Shown here: positions 1 to 9,072 of the stretch, piece by piece
Layout of the letters: each line of letters begins with the position of its first letter
Numbering within the stretch: the stretch's first letter is position 1
Assembly: GCA_934101225.1 (NCBI GenBank)
Contig: CAKOQK010000003.1
Coordinates: 6,186 to 70,185, forward strand
From: an uncultured Bacilli bacterium
GTDB lineage: Bacteria > Bacillota_I > Bacilli_A > RF39 > UBA660
Direction: 5' to 3'
DNA length: 64,000 nt
The notes under the pieces: model-generated
Database searches by the model: none
What the model saw: the letters and a program-made list of their open reading frames with translations, nothing else
Told to the model about the DNA's origin: nothing
Program-made: the position numbers and the translations under genes

Positions 1-1363
1 AAAATTCACAATTTCCTGGTGTTCTTGGATAAGGAATAACATCACGAATATTATCAATACCTGTAATATAAATAAGTAATCTTTCAAATCCCATACCAAA
101 TCCAGAATGTACACAAGTACCATATTTTCTTAAATCTAAGTACCAAGAAAGTTCTTCTTTATTCATTCCAAGTTCATCCATACGTTTTACTAGCTTTTCA
201 TAGCTTTCTTCTCTTTGAGATCCACCCATCAATTCACCAGCACCTGGTACTTCTAAATCAACAGCAGCAACAGTTTCTCCATCTTCATTTTGTTTCATAT
301 AAAATGCCTTAATATCTTTTGGCCAATTCTTAATAAATACTGGTCCATTAAAGTATTCAGTAATATATTTTTCATGTTCTTTAGCAATATCTTCACCATA
401 TTCTGGCTCAAACTCCCACTTAACATCAGCTTTTTTTAAAATAGTAATAACATCTTTATGATCAATTCTTGTAAATTTACTATTAATTAATCTAATTAAT
501 TTATCTATTAATCCTTTTTCAACAAATTGATCTAAGAATTTCATTTCATCTTTCGCATTTTCTAAAACATAACTAACAACATATTTAAGCATATCTTCCA
601 TAATGTCCATATCGCCTTCTAAATCACAAAAGGAAATTTCCGGCTCAATCATCCAAAACTCAGAAGCATGAACTTTCGTATTTGAGTTTTCTGCTCTAAA
701 AGTAGGGCCAAAAGTATAAGTTTTCTTAAACGCAGTTGCAAATGTCTCAGCCTCTAATTGTCCACTTACAGTTAATCCCGTTGTTTTTCCATAAAAATCT
801 TTTTCTGGTTCATATTTACCACTTGATGCTATACGATTTAAATCAAGAGTTGTAACTTGGAACATTTCTCCAGCACCTTCACAATCAGAACTAGTTATAA
901 TTGGAGCATGAAAATATACATAATTACGATCTTGAAAATATTTATGAATTGCCATAGCAGCAACACTTCTTACTCTAAATACTGCATTAAAAGTATTAGT
1001 TCTAGCTCTTAAATGGCCAACTTCTCTTAAAAACTCTCTAGTATGTCTTTTAGCTTGAATTGGATAAGTTTCATCAGCAAGACCAAGAATTTTAATACTT
1101 TCTGCCTTAAGTTCAAAGTCTTGATTTCCACTAGATTCAACAATAGTTCCGGCTACTTCTAAACTAGATCCAACAAGTACTTTATTAATTTCTTCATAAT
1201 TACTTAAACTAGTATCATAAACAACTTGTAAAGTATTAATAGTTGTTCCATCAGATAGTACTATAAAAGCAAAATTTGAACTCTTTCTATGATTTCTAAC
1301 CCATCCTGAAATTGTAACTTGTTTTCCAATATAACTTTCTTTAAATAAATCTTTTATATCCAT
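1..1363 (-). CDS. asnS: asparaginyl-tRNA synthetase (3' end runs off window start)
   Basis: Minus-strand ORF from ATG at 1363 continuing past position 1. Translation contains the class IIb motif FRAENSNTKVHASEFWMIEPE and C-terminal GFGMGFERLLIYITG...PYPRTPGNCEF, typical of AsnRS. An SD (aggag) lies about 10 nt upstream of the ATG at 1363. Confidence 0.8.
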   Translation of the reverse strand, partial: MDIKDLFKESYIGKQVTISGWVRNHRKSSNFAFIVLSDGTTINTLQVVYDTSLSNYEEINKVLVGSSLEVAGTIVESSGNQDFELKAESIKILGLADETYPIQAKRHTREFLREVGHLRARTNTFNAVFRVRSVAAMAIHKYFQDRNYVYFHAPIITSSDCEGAGEMFQVTTLDLNRIASSGKYEPEKDFYGKTTGLTVSGQLEAETFATAFKKTYTFGPTFRAENSNTKVHASEFWMIEPEISFCDLEGDMDIMEDMLKYVVSYVLENAKDEMKFLDQFVEKGLIDKLIRLINSKFTRIDHKDVITILKKADVKWEFEPEYGEDIAKEHEKYITEYFNGPVFIKNWPKDIKAFYMKQNEDGETVAAVDLEVPGAGELMGGSQREESYEKLVKRMDELGMNKEELSWYLDLRKYGTCVHSGFGMGFERLLIYITGIDNIRDVIPYPRTPGNCEF

Positions 1364-1375
1364 TATTAACATCTC

Positions 1376-2635
1376 CTATAATTTCATATCTAAATAATCA
1401 GATAAATCATTAACATTTACTTTCTCTTCTTCTTTAGTAACATTGTCCTTAACGTTTACCATCATATCTTCTAAATCTTTATCATTTAATATAACTAAAT
1501 ATTTCGCATTAAATCTATCAGCAGCTTTAAATTGTCCTTTTAATCCTTTTCCTAAATAATCCATCTCAGTAGTAAAACCATTTAATCTTAAATTTTGAGC
1601 AATATATAAAGCCGTATCTTTTTCCGTATCAGAAACATACATAATATACACATCAACATCATTATTAACTGGAATATTTACATGAGCCATATCTAAACAC
1701 ATCATTAATCGATCAAAACCAATCGCAAAACCAACAGCAGGAACACTTGGACCATCCAAACTTTCTACTAAATTATTGTATCTTCCGCCACCACCAATTG
1801 CTAGTGTATCAATTCCATCAATGTTTACATTAATTTCAAACACTACGTGATTATAATAATCAAGTCCTCTAACCAAATTAGGATCTTCCTCATAATTTAT
1901 TTCTAATAAATCAAGTTCTTCCTTTAATTTTTTATATCTATTTAAACTTTCTTCATTTAAATAATTAACTGTCTTAGGAGCATTTTTAATTATATCTTTA
2001 TCCCCATCAACCTTACAATCAAGTATTCTTAAAGGATTAGTTTCAAATCTTCTTTGACAATCTTCACATAAATCTTTAATATGTGGTTTCAAATAATTAG
2101 TTAAAGCATCATGATATTTTTCTCTTGATTCTCTATCTCCTAAAGTATTTATTTTAATAACTGCATCAAGTCCTAATAAATTGAAGATATTATAACACAA
2201 AGAAATAACCTCAACATCACTAGCAATATCATCTGATCCAATCATTTCAACACCAAACTGTGTAAACTCTCTATTTCTTCCTGATTGTGGTCTTTCATAA
2301 CGATACATCTTCTCATTATAATAAACTTTAACTGGTTCAGTCATATTACCATATAACTTATTTTCAATAAACCATCTAACAATTCCCGCAGTTCCTTCTG
2401 GTCTTAAAGTTAAATTTCTATCTCCTCTATCTTTAAAATCATAAGTTTCTTTACTAACTAAATCACTAGTTTCTCCAGCACTTCTATGGAACAAACTAGA
2501 ATCCTCAAATACAGGAGTCTCTACATTAACAAAATTATATTTTTGGCATATTCCTTTAATAATATCATTAACATATTCTCTTTTCTTAGCATCAAGTCCA
2601 TAAACATCATAAGTTCCCTTTGGTTTAGTAATCAT
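1376..2635 (-). CDS. hisS: histidyl-tRNA synthetase
   Basis: 419 aa with class II aaRS motifs and a HisRS-like anticodon-binding C-terminus. Immediately downstream of a T-box leader. Confidence 0.9.
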   Translation of the reverse strand: MITKPKGTYDVYGLDAKKREYVNDIIKGICQKYNFVNVETPVFEDSSLFHRSAGETSDLVSKETYDFKDRGDRNLTLRPEGTAGIVRWFIENKLYGNMTEPVKVYYNEKMYRYERPQSGRNREFTQFGVEMIGSDDIASDVEVISLCYNIFNLLGLDAVIKINTLGDRESREKYHDALTNYLKPHIKDLCEDCQRRFETNPLRILDCKVDGDKDIIKNAPKTVNYLNEESLNRYKKLKEELDLLEINYEEDPNLVRGLDYYNHVVFEINVNIDGIDTLAIGGGGRYNNLVESLDGPSVPAVGFAIGFDRLMMCLDMAHVNIPVNNDVDVYIMYVSDTEKDTALYIAQNLRLNGFTTEMDYLGKGLKGQFKAADRFNAKYLVILNDKDLEDMMVNVKDNVTKEEEKVNVNDLSDYLDMKL

Positions 2636-2639
2636 TTAA

Positions 2640-2950
2640 ATCATCCTTTCTTAAAATAAAAAACAAGGATATAATAGTTAAGGGCGAAACATATCCGCTG
2701 TGCCACCTTATTTCACTTGTTAAAGCCTTTATTAAACTTATATCGTAGTTACCCGGATTATTTTATATAAAGAATGTCTCATAATTATTACATATTAAGT
2801 ATTTCCACCAACTAACTCTCTCTTTAAATATATTGCCTAATAATTACTTCTTCTTTAATAATCAACTATACTAATATTTTACTTAAAATAGCCCATAAAG
2901 TCAAACTATTTTTCACCTAAACTAAATAAAAATTAGTTATATTTCAAACC
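2640..2950 (-). promoter_or_regulatory. T-box riboswitch leader controlling hisS-asnS
   Basis: The minus-strand transcript contains aaataAGGTGGCACAGCGG, matching the T-box consensus GGUGGNACCGCG (plus-strand ccgctgtgccacct at 2695-2708). This is followed by a hairpin (ggatat..atatcc) and a ttgttttttatttt U-run about 25 nt before the hisS ATG. An AGAGAGAG stretch lies upstream (plus-strand 2816-2823). Classic context for Firmicute hisS. Confidence 0.55.
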
Positions 2951-2976
2951 AATTCTTATATAAGAATATTTAATAT

Positions 2977-3621
2977 TTATTTCCTTAAATTTAATTTTTT
3001 ACTTTCATCATCTAATAATAGCAATACTGAAGAGCAAGAATCAATTTTATCATCTATCTCTTTCTTTTGATCTAAAAGAATTTTTTTATAAACTAGAAGA
3101 TTTTCCTTTATTTTAGTAAAATTATTAGTTCGATATTCTATTGCTCTTTGAATTTCAATTTTCAAAATAGCATTAAATATATTTCTAAATTCATCATTTA
3201 CACTAATATTAACTGTGCTTTTCCACCATTTATTAATTATATCATTCATTTTCTCATTGAATAAACTATAACTTGGATATAAGAGCATAGGACTGTATAA
3301 ATTGCTTATATAGCAATAAACCTCGGATATTTTAAAAAATATATCTAAACAACCAATATATTTAAAATCTAATAAATCATCATAGCAAAAAGCTTTAGCA
3401 CGAATTTGATATAAAGTTCCGTTTAACACTTCATAAGAATTTCCTGCTATAAAAGAAATTTTGTCATTATTTTTTGTATAAAATTCAATTTCATGTTCCT
3501 CATTATAATCACTATCTATTAATTTTTGTAAAAGTTCATTAACACTAATTTTTTGTAATTTTTCATCTAATATTTCAACACTATTATTATCATTAAAATA
3601 TATTTTAAATTTCATAACCAT
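2977..3621 (-). CDS. hypothetical protein (214 aa), last gene of uncharacterised operon
   Basis: Intact ORF, tightly spaced with upstream ORFs. No motif recognised. Confidence 0.5.
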   Translation of the reverse strand: MVMKFKIYFNDNNSVEILDEKLQKISVNELLQKLIDSDYNEEHEIEFYTKNNDKISFIAGNSYEVLNGTLYQIRAKAFCYDDLLDFKYIGCLDIFFKISEVYCYISNLYSPMLLYPSYSLFNEKMNDIINKWWKSTVNISVNDEFRNIFNAILKIEIQRAIEYRTNNFTKIKENLLVYKKILLDQKKEIDDKIDSCSSVLLLLDDESKKLNLRK

Positions 3622-3637
3622 TCACTCCCTTAAATTT

Positions 3638-4219
3638 TTATCTTCTTTTACCCTTGTTTTCTTTTTCTGCACACAACATCATTTCCATTAATTTAGCAGT
3701 AAATTCTTTTCTTGAAGAACACATATGAGTATGTTTCATAAATTCTTCTACTGTTGTATTTGATGATGCTTCTAAAGAAATTGCATAATCCTTGATTTTG
3801 CCAAGAACACTTAATAAAGCATTTTGTTCATCCTTTTGTGAATCTAATTTTTCTAATTTATTTTTAAGTTCTTTAAATGATTCTTCATTGGAATATGCGT
3901 TAAAACCATCAATATATAATGCATCATATCTATCAAAATATCCATTTTTATTAAGGCCTCTTTGATTAATCCAATTACGTATTAGTCTTTGACTTTCCCT
4001 AAAATATAATTCGTTAAGTCTATCGCTATACTCATTCTCTTTATTTAAAATAAAATAAGCTTCTCTAACATACTTTCCTTGCTCATCAAAATAGTAAACA
4101 CTAAAAGAAATAATTGCATCTAGATTCAAAAATAATCTTTCAGAATTTCCTCTACAAGAATCAGAATATACTTTACCATCTAATCCAACATAATCATATG
4201 TAATAATCATATTATTCAT
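3638..4219 (-). CDS. hypothetical protein (193 aa)
   Basis: Intact ORF, 16 nt from next gene. No motif recognised. Confidence 0.5.
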   Translation of the reverse strand: MNNMIITYDYVGLDGKVYSDSCRGNSERLFLNLDAIISFSVYYFDEQGKYVREAYFILNKENEYSDRLNELYFRESQRLIRNWINQRGLNKNGYFDRYDALYIDGFNAYSNEESFKELKNKLEKLDSQKDEQNALLSVLGKIKDYAISLEASSNTTVEEFMKHTHMCSSRKEFTAKLMEMMLCAEKENKGKRR

Positions 4220-4304
4220 AATAATTTCCCCCTTAAATTACTGGTATTATAGCATACATTTTATATAATTTCAACCTTTTGTTCGTTTTTGTTCAAATTA
4301 CGTT

Positions 4305-5123
4305 TTATTTTTTAACCATTACTTTCTTACCACTATCAATCACATTATTCTTATCTTCTAAATTAGGAACAGATATATTCCTAATTTTATTATATAAATA
4401 TATCAATTCATAATAATTTAGTTTTTTATGCATATTTATTTTTATGTTAAGTTCACCTAATATTAAAGGAAGGTAATTTTCTTCTATATTGCTATCTGGT
4501 CTAATAACAGTATTTGTCAAAACTTCTATATAATAATTTTGTAGATGATTATATGTACATAAAAAATAATTAATATCTTTATCATTTTTATTCCATACAA
4601 CATATAAATCATCTAATCTATATTTTTTCTTTTTATCAACTTGCTTTCTAACAGAATATATATTCTCATCAAGAACACCAAATATAAAATCATTATTTTC
4701 TTCTTGCAATAAAGAAGTTATTGAAAAGTCTTTATATTCACTATTTGCTTGTCTAATTTGCTTTATTACTTTTTTTGCAGTCTTTAATGCCTCTTTATCA
4801 GTTAAATTTCTTAAATATATAGAAATATTTTTAATGCAATCAATAACGCCTCCTACTTTACCATTATAAAATGTTTCACGTCCAATATTTAAAACAATTG
4901 CATAAGTATAATTCTTTAAATATAAATTTGTAGTTCTAAGAATATCTTTTCTAGACAAATTATCATATTCTTCATCTTGAATACTTTTAGAATCAATCAA
5001 TCCATCGAATATTATTTTAATATCATAAGAAATATCCTCAACATCTTGTCCAAATATTTCTAACTTATGTACTTTTTGTATTAGCTTTAATTGACATCCA
5101 TCTTTTAATTCATATATTTCCAT
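4305..5123 (-). CDS. hypothetical protein (272 aa)
   Basis: Intact ORF in the same-strand cluster. No motif recognised. Confidence 0.5.
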   Translation of the reverse strand: MEIYELKDGCQLKLIQKVHKLEIFGQDVEDISYDIKIIFDGLIDSKSIQDEEYDNLSRKDILRTTNLYLKNYTYAIVLNIGRETFYNGKVGGVIDCIKNISIYLRNLTDKEALKTAKKVIKQIRQANSEYKDFSITSLLQEENNDFIFGVLDENIYSVRKQVDKKKKYRLDDLYVVWNKNDKDINYFLCTYNHLQNYYIEVLTNTVIRPDSNIEENYLPLILGELNIKINMHKKLNYYELIYLYNKIRNISVPNLEDKNNVIDSGKKVMVKK

Positions 5124-5156
5124 ATTACATATTTCCTTCCACCATAGATATAATAT

Positions 5157-6185
5157 CTACATTTTAATACCAAATTCAATTTTACCAATACGATTACGAT
5201 ATTTTGTTCCATTATTTACAATATCTTTAATAGTTTTAACTTCTGCTTTTATTTCAGAAGTTGTTGTTAAACTATCTAAAGCCTTATTTAAATCAGTAGT
5301 AAATTCTTTCATAAAATTTTCACTAATATTAGCAATTTTACTTTTAAGCAAGTTTTCAATAATTATCATACTAGTTTTTTTATCTACATAGTCTTTATTA
5401 TCTGTCTTTATACAAAAATAACTATCAATTAATCCTACTAAACTCACATAAAAGAATAAATCACTTTGAAAATCATCATTTAAATTAAAAATACTCATTA
5501 ACATTTTTGAATTTGAATAAATTTCATTAGGTAATATAAAGTTATTACTTATCATTACTTTTTCAATATTTTTATAAAAATAACTAATATAATATTTTCT
5601 TTCAATCAATTTTGCCTTAATATCCTTATTAGTCTCTTTATTTATACTTTCTTCTAAAAATAACAACATACTACTATAATAATCTTTCATATAAGCATTC
5701 GTTAATTTTGAAGTTCCCGAAATATAATTATTTAATTTTTTATTTGCTTCTTCTTCATTACCTATTGTAATATGTTCTATTTTAATCCCAAGCATTGATA
5801 AATCCACCATATTATTAATTTTTAAATTTCTTATGTAACAAATCATATAAAATATTCTTCTATATTCAAAATTATCAATATTTCCATCAATTAGTAAATC
5901 ATCACTTTTAAATTTAGATAACTTTTTTTCTTTAATATAACTAGCCCATAAGTTGCACTTAGCAAAATCAAAATTTAAAGAATTATATATACTATCCTCA
6001 ATGATAAGTATTTCTTTTAAATAAGCTAATAATTTTTCATATCTACTTGCATTCTTTTTATTATTTGTATCTAACAATATCAACTTTTTATAAATATCTT
6101 TAATTATTCCACTTATTTCATAAAGACTGTCTAAATTTTCTAAATCTTTTTTGCTCATAGTATTATCTATCATACTATCCTCCAA
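5157..6185 (-). CDS. hypothetical protein (342 aa)
   Basis: Intact ORF, 3 nt from upstream ORF. No motif recognised. Confidence 0.5.
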   Translation of the reverse strand: MEDSMIDNTMSKKDLENLDSLYEISGIIKDIYKKLILLDTNNKKNASRYEKLLAYLKEILIIEDSIYNSLNFDFAKCNLWASYIKEKKLSKFKSDDLLIDGNIDNFEYRRIFYMICYIRNLKINNMVDLSMLGIKIEHITIGNEEEANKKLNNYISGTSKLTNAYMKDYYSSMLLFLEESINKETNKDIKAKLIERKYYISYFYKNIEKVMISNNFILPNEIYSNSKMLMSIFNLNDDFQSDLFFYVSLVGLIDSYFCIKTDNKDYVDKKTSMIIIENLLKSKIANISENFMKEFTTDLNKALDSLTTTSEIKAEVKTIKDIVNNGTKYRNRIGKIEFGIKM

Positions 6186-6188
6186 TAA

Positions 6189-6760
6189 TTATTTTAAAGA
6201 TATAATTTTAACTTTTTCTTTATCATTATTTAAATGATTAAAACATTTATTTATCAATTTTGAATCAACATTTTTATTGCTTATCTGATTATCAAAATCA
6301 TCTTTTATTTCAGTAGCTCGTTTCAAATTCATATCAACAAGTGCAGCTCTAATAAAGACATTACATAATAAAATTTGAAATATATTTGATTCATTATCTA
6401 AACTATTTAATTTTTTAAGATATTTAATAGCAAAATCACTGTTAAAGTCATCTTTAACATCATCAAAAGATTCAGTGAATAAATCGCCTAAATTATCTGA
6501 TTCCATTTTAGCAAGTAAATAAGTATCTTTTGGTACATCAAAGTTATGGCTTATCATATATTCTTCTGACTTATTGAAAATAAAGGATAAATAATATTTT
6601 GTATAAATTAACTTATTTTTAACAGCTAAATAATTTGGATCATTTATATATTCATTTAATATAGTATAAATTGTCTTTTTTAGATCTTTATCTAATTCTT
6701 CTTCAATTTTATCTTTATAAACATTTGCTTATCAAAATAAGTAAAATTGTCTTTTATCAT
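6189..6760 (-). pseudogene. hypothetical gene with apparent frameshift (N-terminal 23 codons from ATG 6760 in a different frame from the 122-aa ORF 6189..6557)
   Basis: The frame of ORF 6189..6557 stays open upstream to about 6735 with no start codon. An ATG at 6760 with a short ORF (MIKDNFTYFDKQMFIKIKLKKN*) overlaps in another frame. The switch region is around 6700-6735, near an A/T homopolymer. Confidence 0.35.
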
Positions 6761-6779
6761 AAACCCCTCTTTAAAATTT

Positions 6780-7181
6780 TTATTTAAATAATATTATCTT
6801 CTTACTAGAAGATTCTTTTTTTTCATTACTACTATCATTTTCTAATAGCCAATCAATATGATCATTAACATAATTTATAATTTGGCATTTTTTTACATAT
6901 TCATTTACTTCTGTTATAGATGGAATATCATGCATAATTTCATAGGTATATATATCGCCATTATTTTCGTAAATTTCATATGGAAAATAAATAGATCCAT
7001 CATCAATAAAGTTATTCATATTTAATTCGTATTTTTTATCTGTATATATTTCTTTACCAATAAATTTTCCATTTTCTATATAAATTTTAAATAATATATC
7101 TTTATCTGTTCCATTAAGTTTTCCTCTCAATATAACATTATTTAATTTTGTAATTATATCTTCAATTGTTAAATCATCCAT
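6780..7181 (-). CDS. hypothetical protein (133 aa)
   Basis: Intact ORF immediately downstream of uvrC. Acidic and Tyr-rich. No motif recognised. Confidence 0.5.
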   Translation of the reverse strand: MDDLTIEDIITKLNNVILRGKLNGTDKDILFKIYIENGKFIGKEIYTDKKYELNMNNFIDDGSIYFPYEIYENNGDIYTYEIMHDIPSITEVNEYVKKCQIINYVNDHIDWLLENDSSNEKKESSSKKIILFK

Positions 7182-7305
7182 TATTACATCTCCATAAACT
7201 TGAAAAATATTCTACCATAAAATTAGTTATAATACAACCATTTGTTCATGTATGATATTTAAATATAAAGAAAAAACACAAGACTAGCTCATGTTTAAAC
7301 ATATT

Positions 7306-9072
7306 TTATAAATTCTTATCTAAATATTTCTTTAAATTTTCGGCTACATTTAAAGGAACTATTTCAGCAATTTCTTGTGCACTAGCTTCCTTAATCTTTT
7401 TAGCACTACCAAATTTTTTAATTAATTCTTTTCTTCTCTTTTCACCAATTCCCGGAATATTATCAAGTAAACTTTGAATTGATCCTTTACTTCTAATTTG
7501 TTTATGATAAGTAATTGTAAATCTATGAACTTCATCTTGCATTCTCGTTAAATAATGAAATAAATTACTAGTCCTATCAATATCGTATAACTCTAAGGTA
7601 TCACCATCTAACAAATCATTTGTTTGATGTTTATCATTTTTAACTAGACCACATACTTTAATATTTAAATTTAAACTATTAAGTACTTCCTTAGCTGCTC
7701 TAATTTGACTCATTCCCCCATCAACTAGTATTAACTCAGGCAAATCTTTATCAATTAATCCATGATAGTATCTTCGGTATATTACCTCTTTCATCGTGTT
7801 ATAATCATCATTTTTATCTTCCATTATCTTATATTTACGATACTTTGATTTATCAGGAATTCCATTAACAAATACAACCATTCCTGATACTGCATATGTA
7901 CCAAATAAATTAGAGTTATCAAATATATCAATTCGGTTAATACCAATTCCAAGTAGTGCTGATAGTTCATCATTAGCCCCACTAGTTTTATTTAATTTTT
8001 GTTGATATCTTTCAAAATTATTATCTAAATTAATTTCTGCATTCTCTTTAGCCATATTAAGAAGTTTTCTTTTGCTGCCCTTACTAATTTTAATAAACTT
8101 AGTATCAATTATTTCTTTTAAGATCTTATCATCCACCTCATCAGGAAGTAATATTTCTTTAGGTATTTCTTTTTTATTATAAAACATCGCAATATAATAC
8201 TCTAATTCTTCTAAATAATTCTCCATAACCGGATATATTTCACTATTAGCACCTATCAGTTTACCATTCCTAACAAACAAGATTTGTAATGATAAAAATC
8301 CATTTTTAAAAGCATAATTTATTACATCTAAATTTTCACTTGGATTAAGCTCAACTTTTTGTTTTTCTAATACAACAGTCATATAATCAAGTTCTTTTTT
8401 AAGCTCTAGCGCTAGTTCATAATTCATAGACTCAGAATATACTTCAATCTTTTCTTTTAATTTACTCTTAATAATATCTTCATTTCCTCTTAAGAAAGAT
8501 AATATGTCTTTTTCCATTTCGTCTATCTTTTCTTGATCAATATCTTTTTTGCAATAACCTAAACATTCATGAATATGATAGTATAAACATACATCTTTAG
8601 GCATTCCTTCACACTTCTTTAAAGGATATAATCTATTTATTAAATTAACTATTCTTCTAGCCGCATAAGCATTAACATATGGTCCAAATAAAAATTTATC
8701 TTTTCTATTTTTAACCTTTAAATATCTTACAACCTTAAGAGTCGGATAAGGCTTTCTACTATATTCAATATAAGGATAACTCTTATCATCTTTAAGTAAA
8801 ATATTATACTTTGGATTATACTTTTTAATTAAATTAATTTCTAATATAAAAGACTCCAACTCCGTATTAGTAACTATATACTTAAAATAAGCAATATTTT
8901 TAACAAGTTCCGCAGTTTTACCAGTTTGAGTTCTATTAAAATATGAACTTAATCTTCTCTTTAAATTCTTAGCTTTACCAACATATATAACTATATCATT
9001 TTTATCATACATTTGATAAGAACCTGGTTTAGTAGGAACTAACTCTAATTCTTCTTTAAACAAAATAATCAC
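7306..9072 (-). CDS. uvrC: excinuclease ABC subunit C
   Basis: 588 aa. N-terminal GIY-YIG (YVGKAKNLKRRLSSYF), a central UvrC family region, and a C-terminal RNase H-like / helix-hairpin-helix region. Confidence 0.9.
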   Translation of the reverse strand: MIILFKEELELVPTKPGSYQMYDKNDIVIYVGKAKNLKRRLSSYFNRTQTGKTAELVKNIAYFKYIVTNTELESFILEINLIKKYNPKYNILLKDDKSYPYIEYSRKPYPTLKVVRYLKVKNRKDKFLFGPYVNAYAARRIVNLINRLYPLKKCEGMPKDVCLYYHIHECLGYCKKDIDQEKIDEMEKDILSFLRGNEDIIKSKLKEKIEVYSESMNYELALELKKELDYMTVVLEKQKVELNPSENLDVINYAFKNGFLSLQILFVRNGKLIGANSEIYPVMENYLEELEYYIAMFYNKKEIPKEILLPDEVDDKILKEIIDTKFIKISKGSKRKLLNMAKENAEINLDNNFERYQQKLNKTSGANDELSALLGIGINRIDIFDNSNLFGTYAVSGMVVFVNGIPDKSKYRKYKIMEDKNDDYNTMKEVIYRRYYHGLIDKDLPELILVDGGMSQIRAAKEVLNSLNLNIKVCGLVKNDKHQTNDLLDGDTLELYDIDRTSNLFHYLTRMQDEVHRFTITYHKQIRSKGSIQSLLDNIPGIGEKRRKELIKKFGSAKKIKEASAQEIAEIVPLNVAENLKKYLDKNL

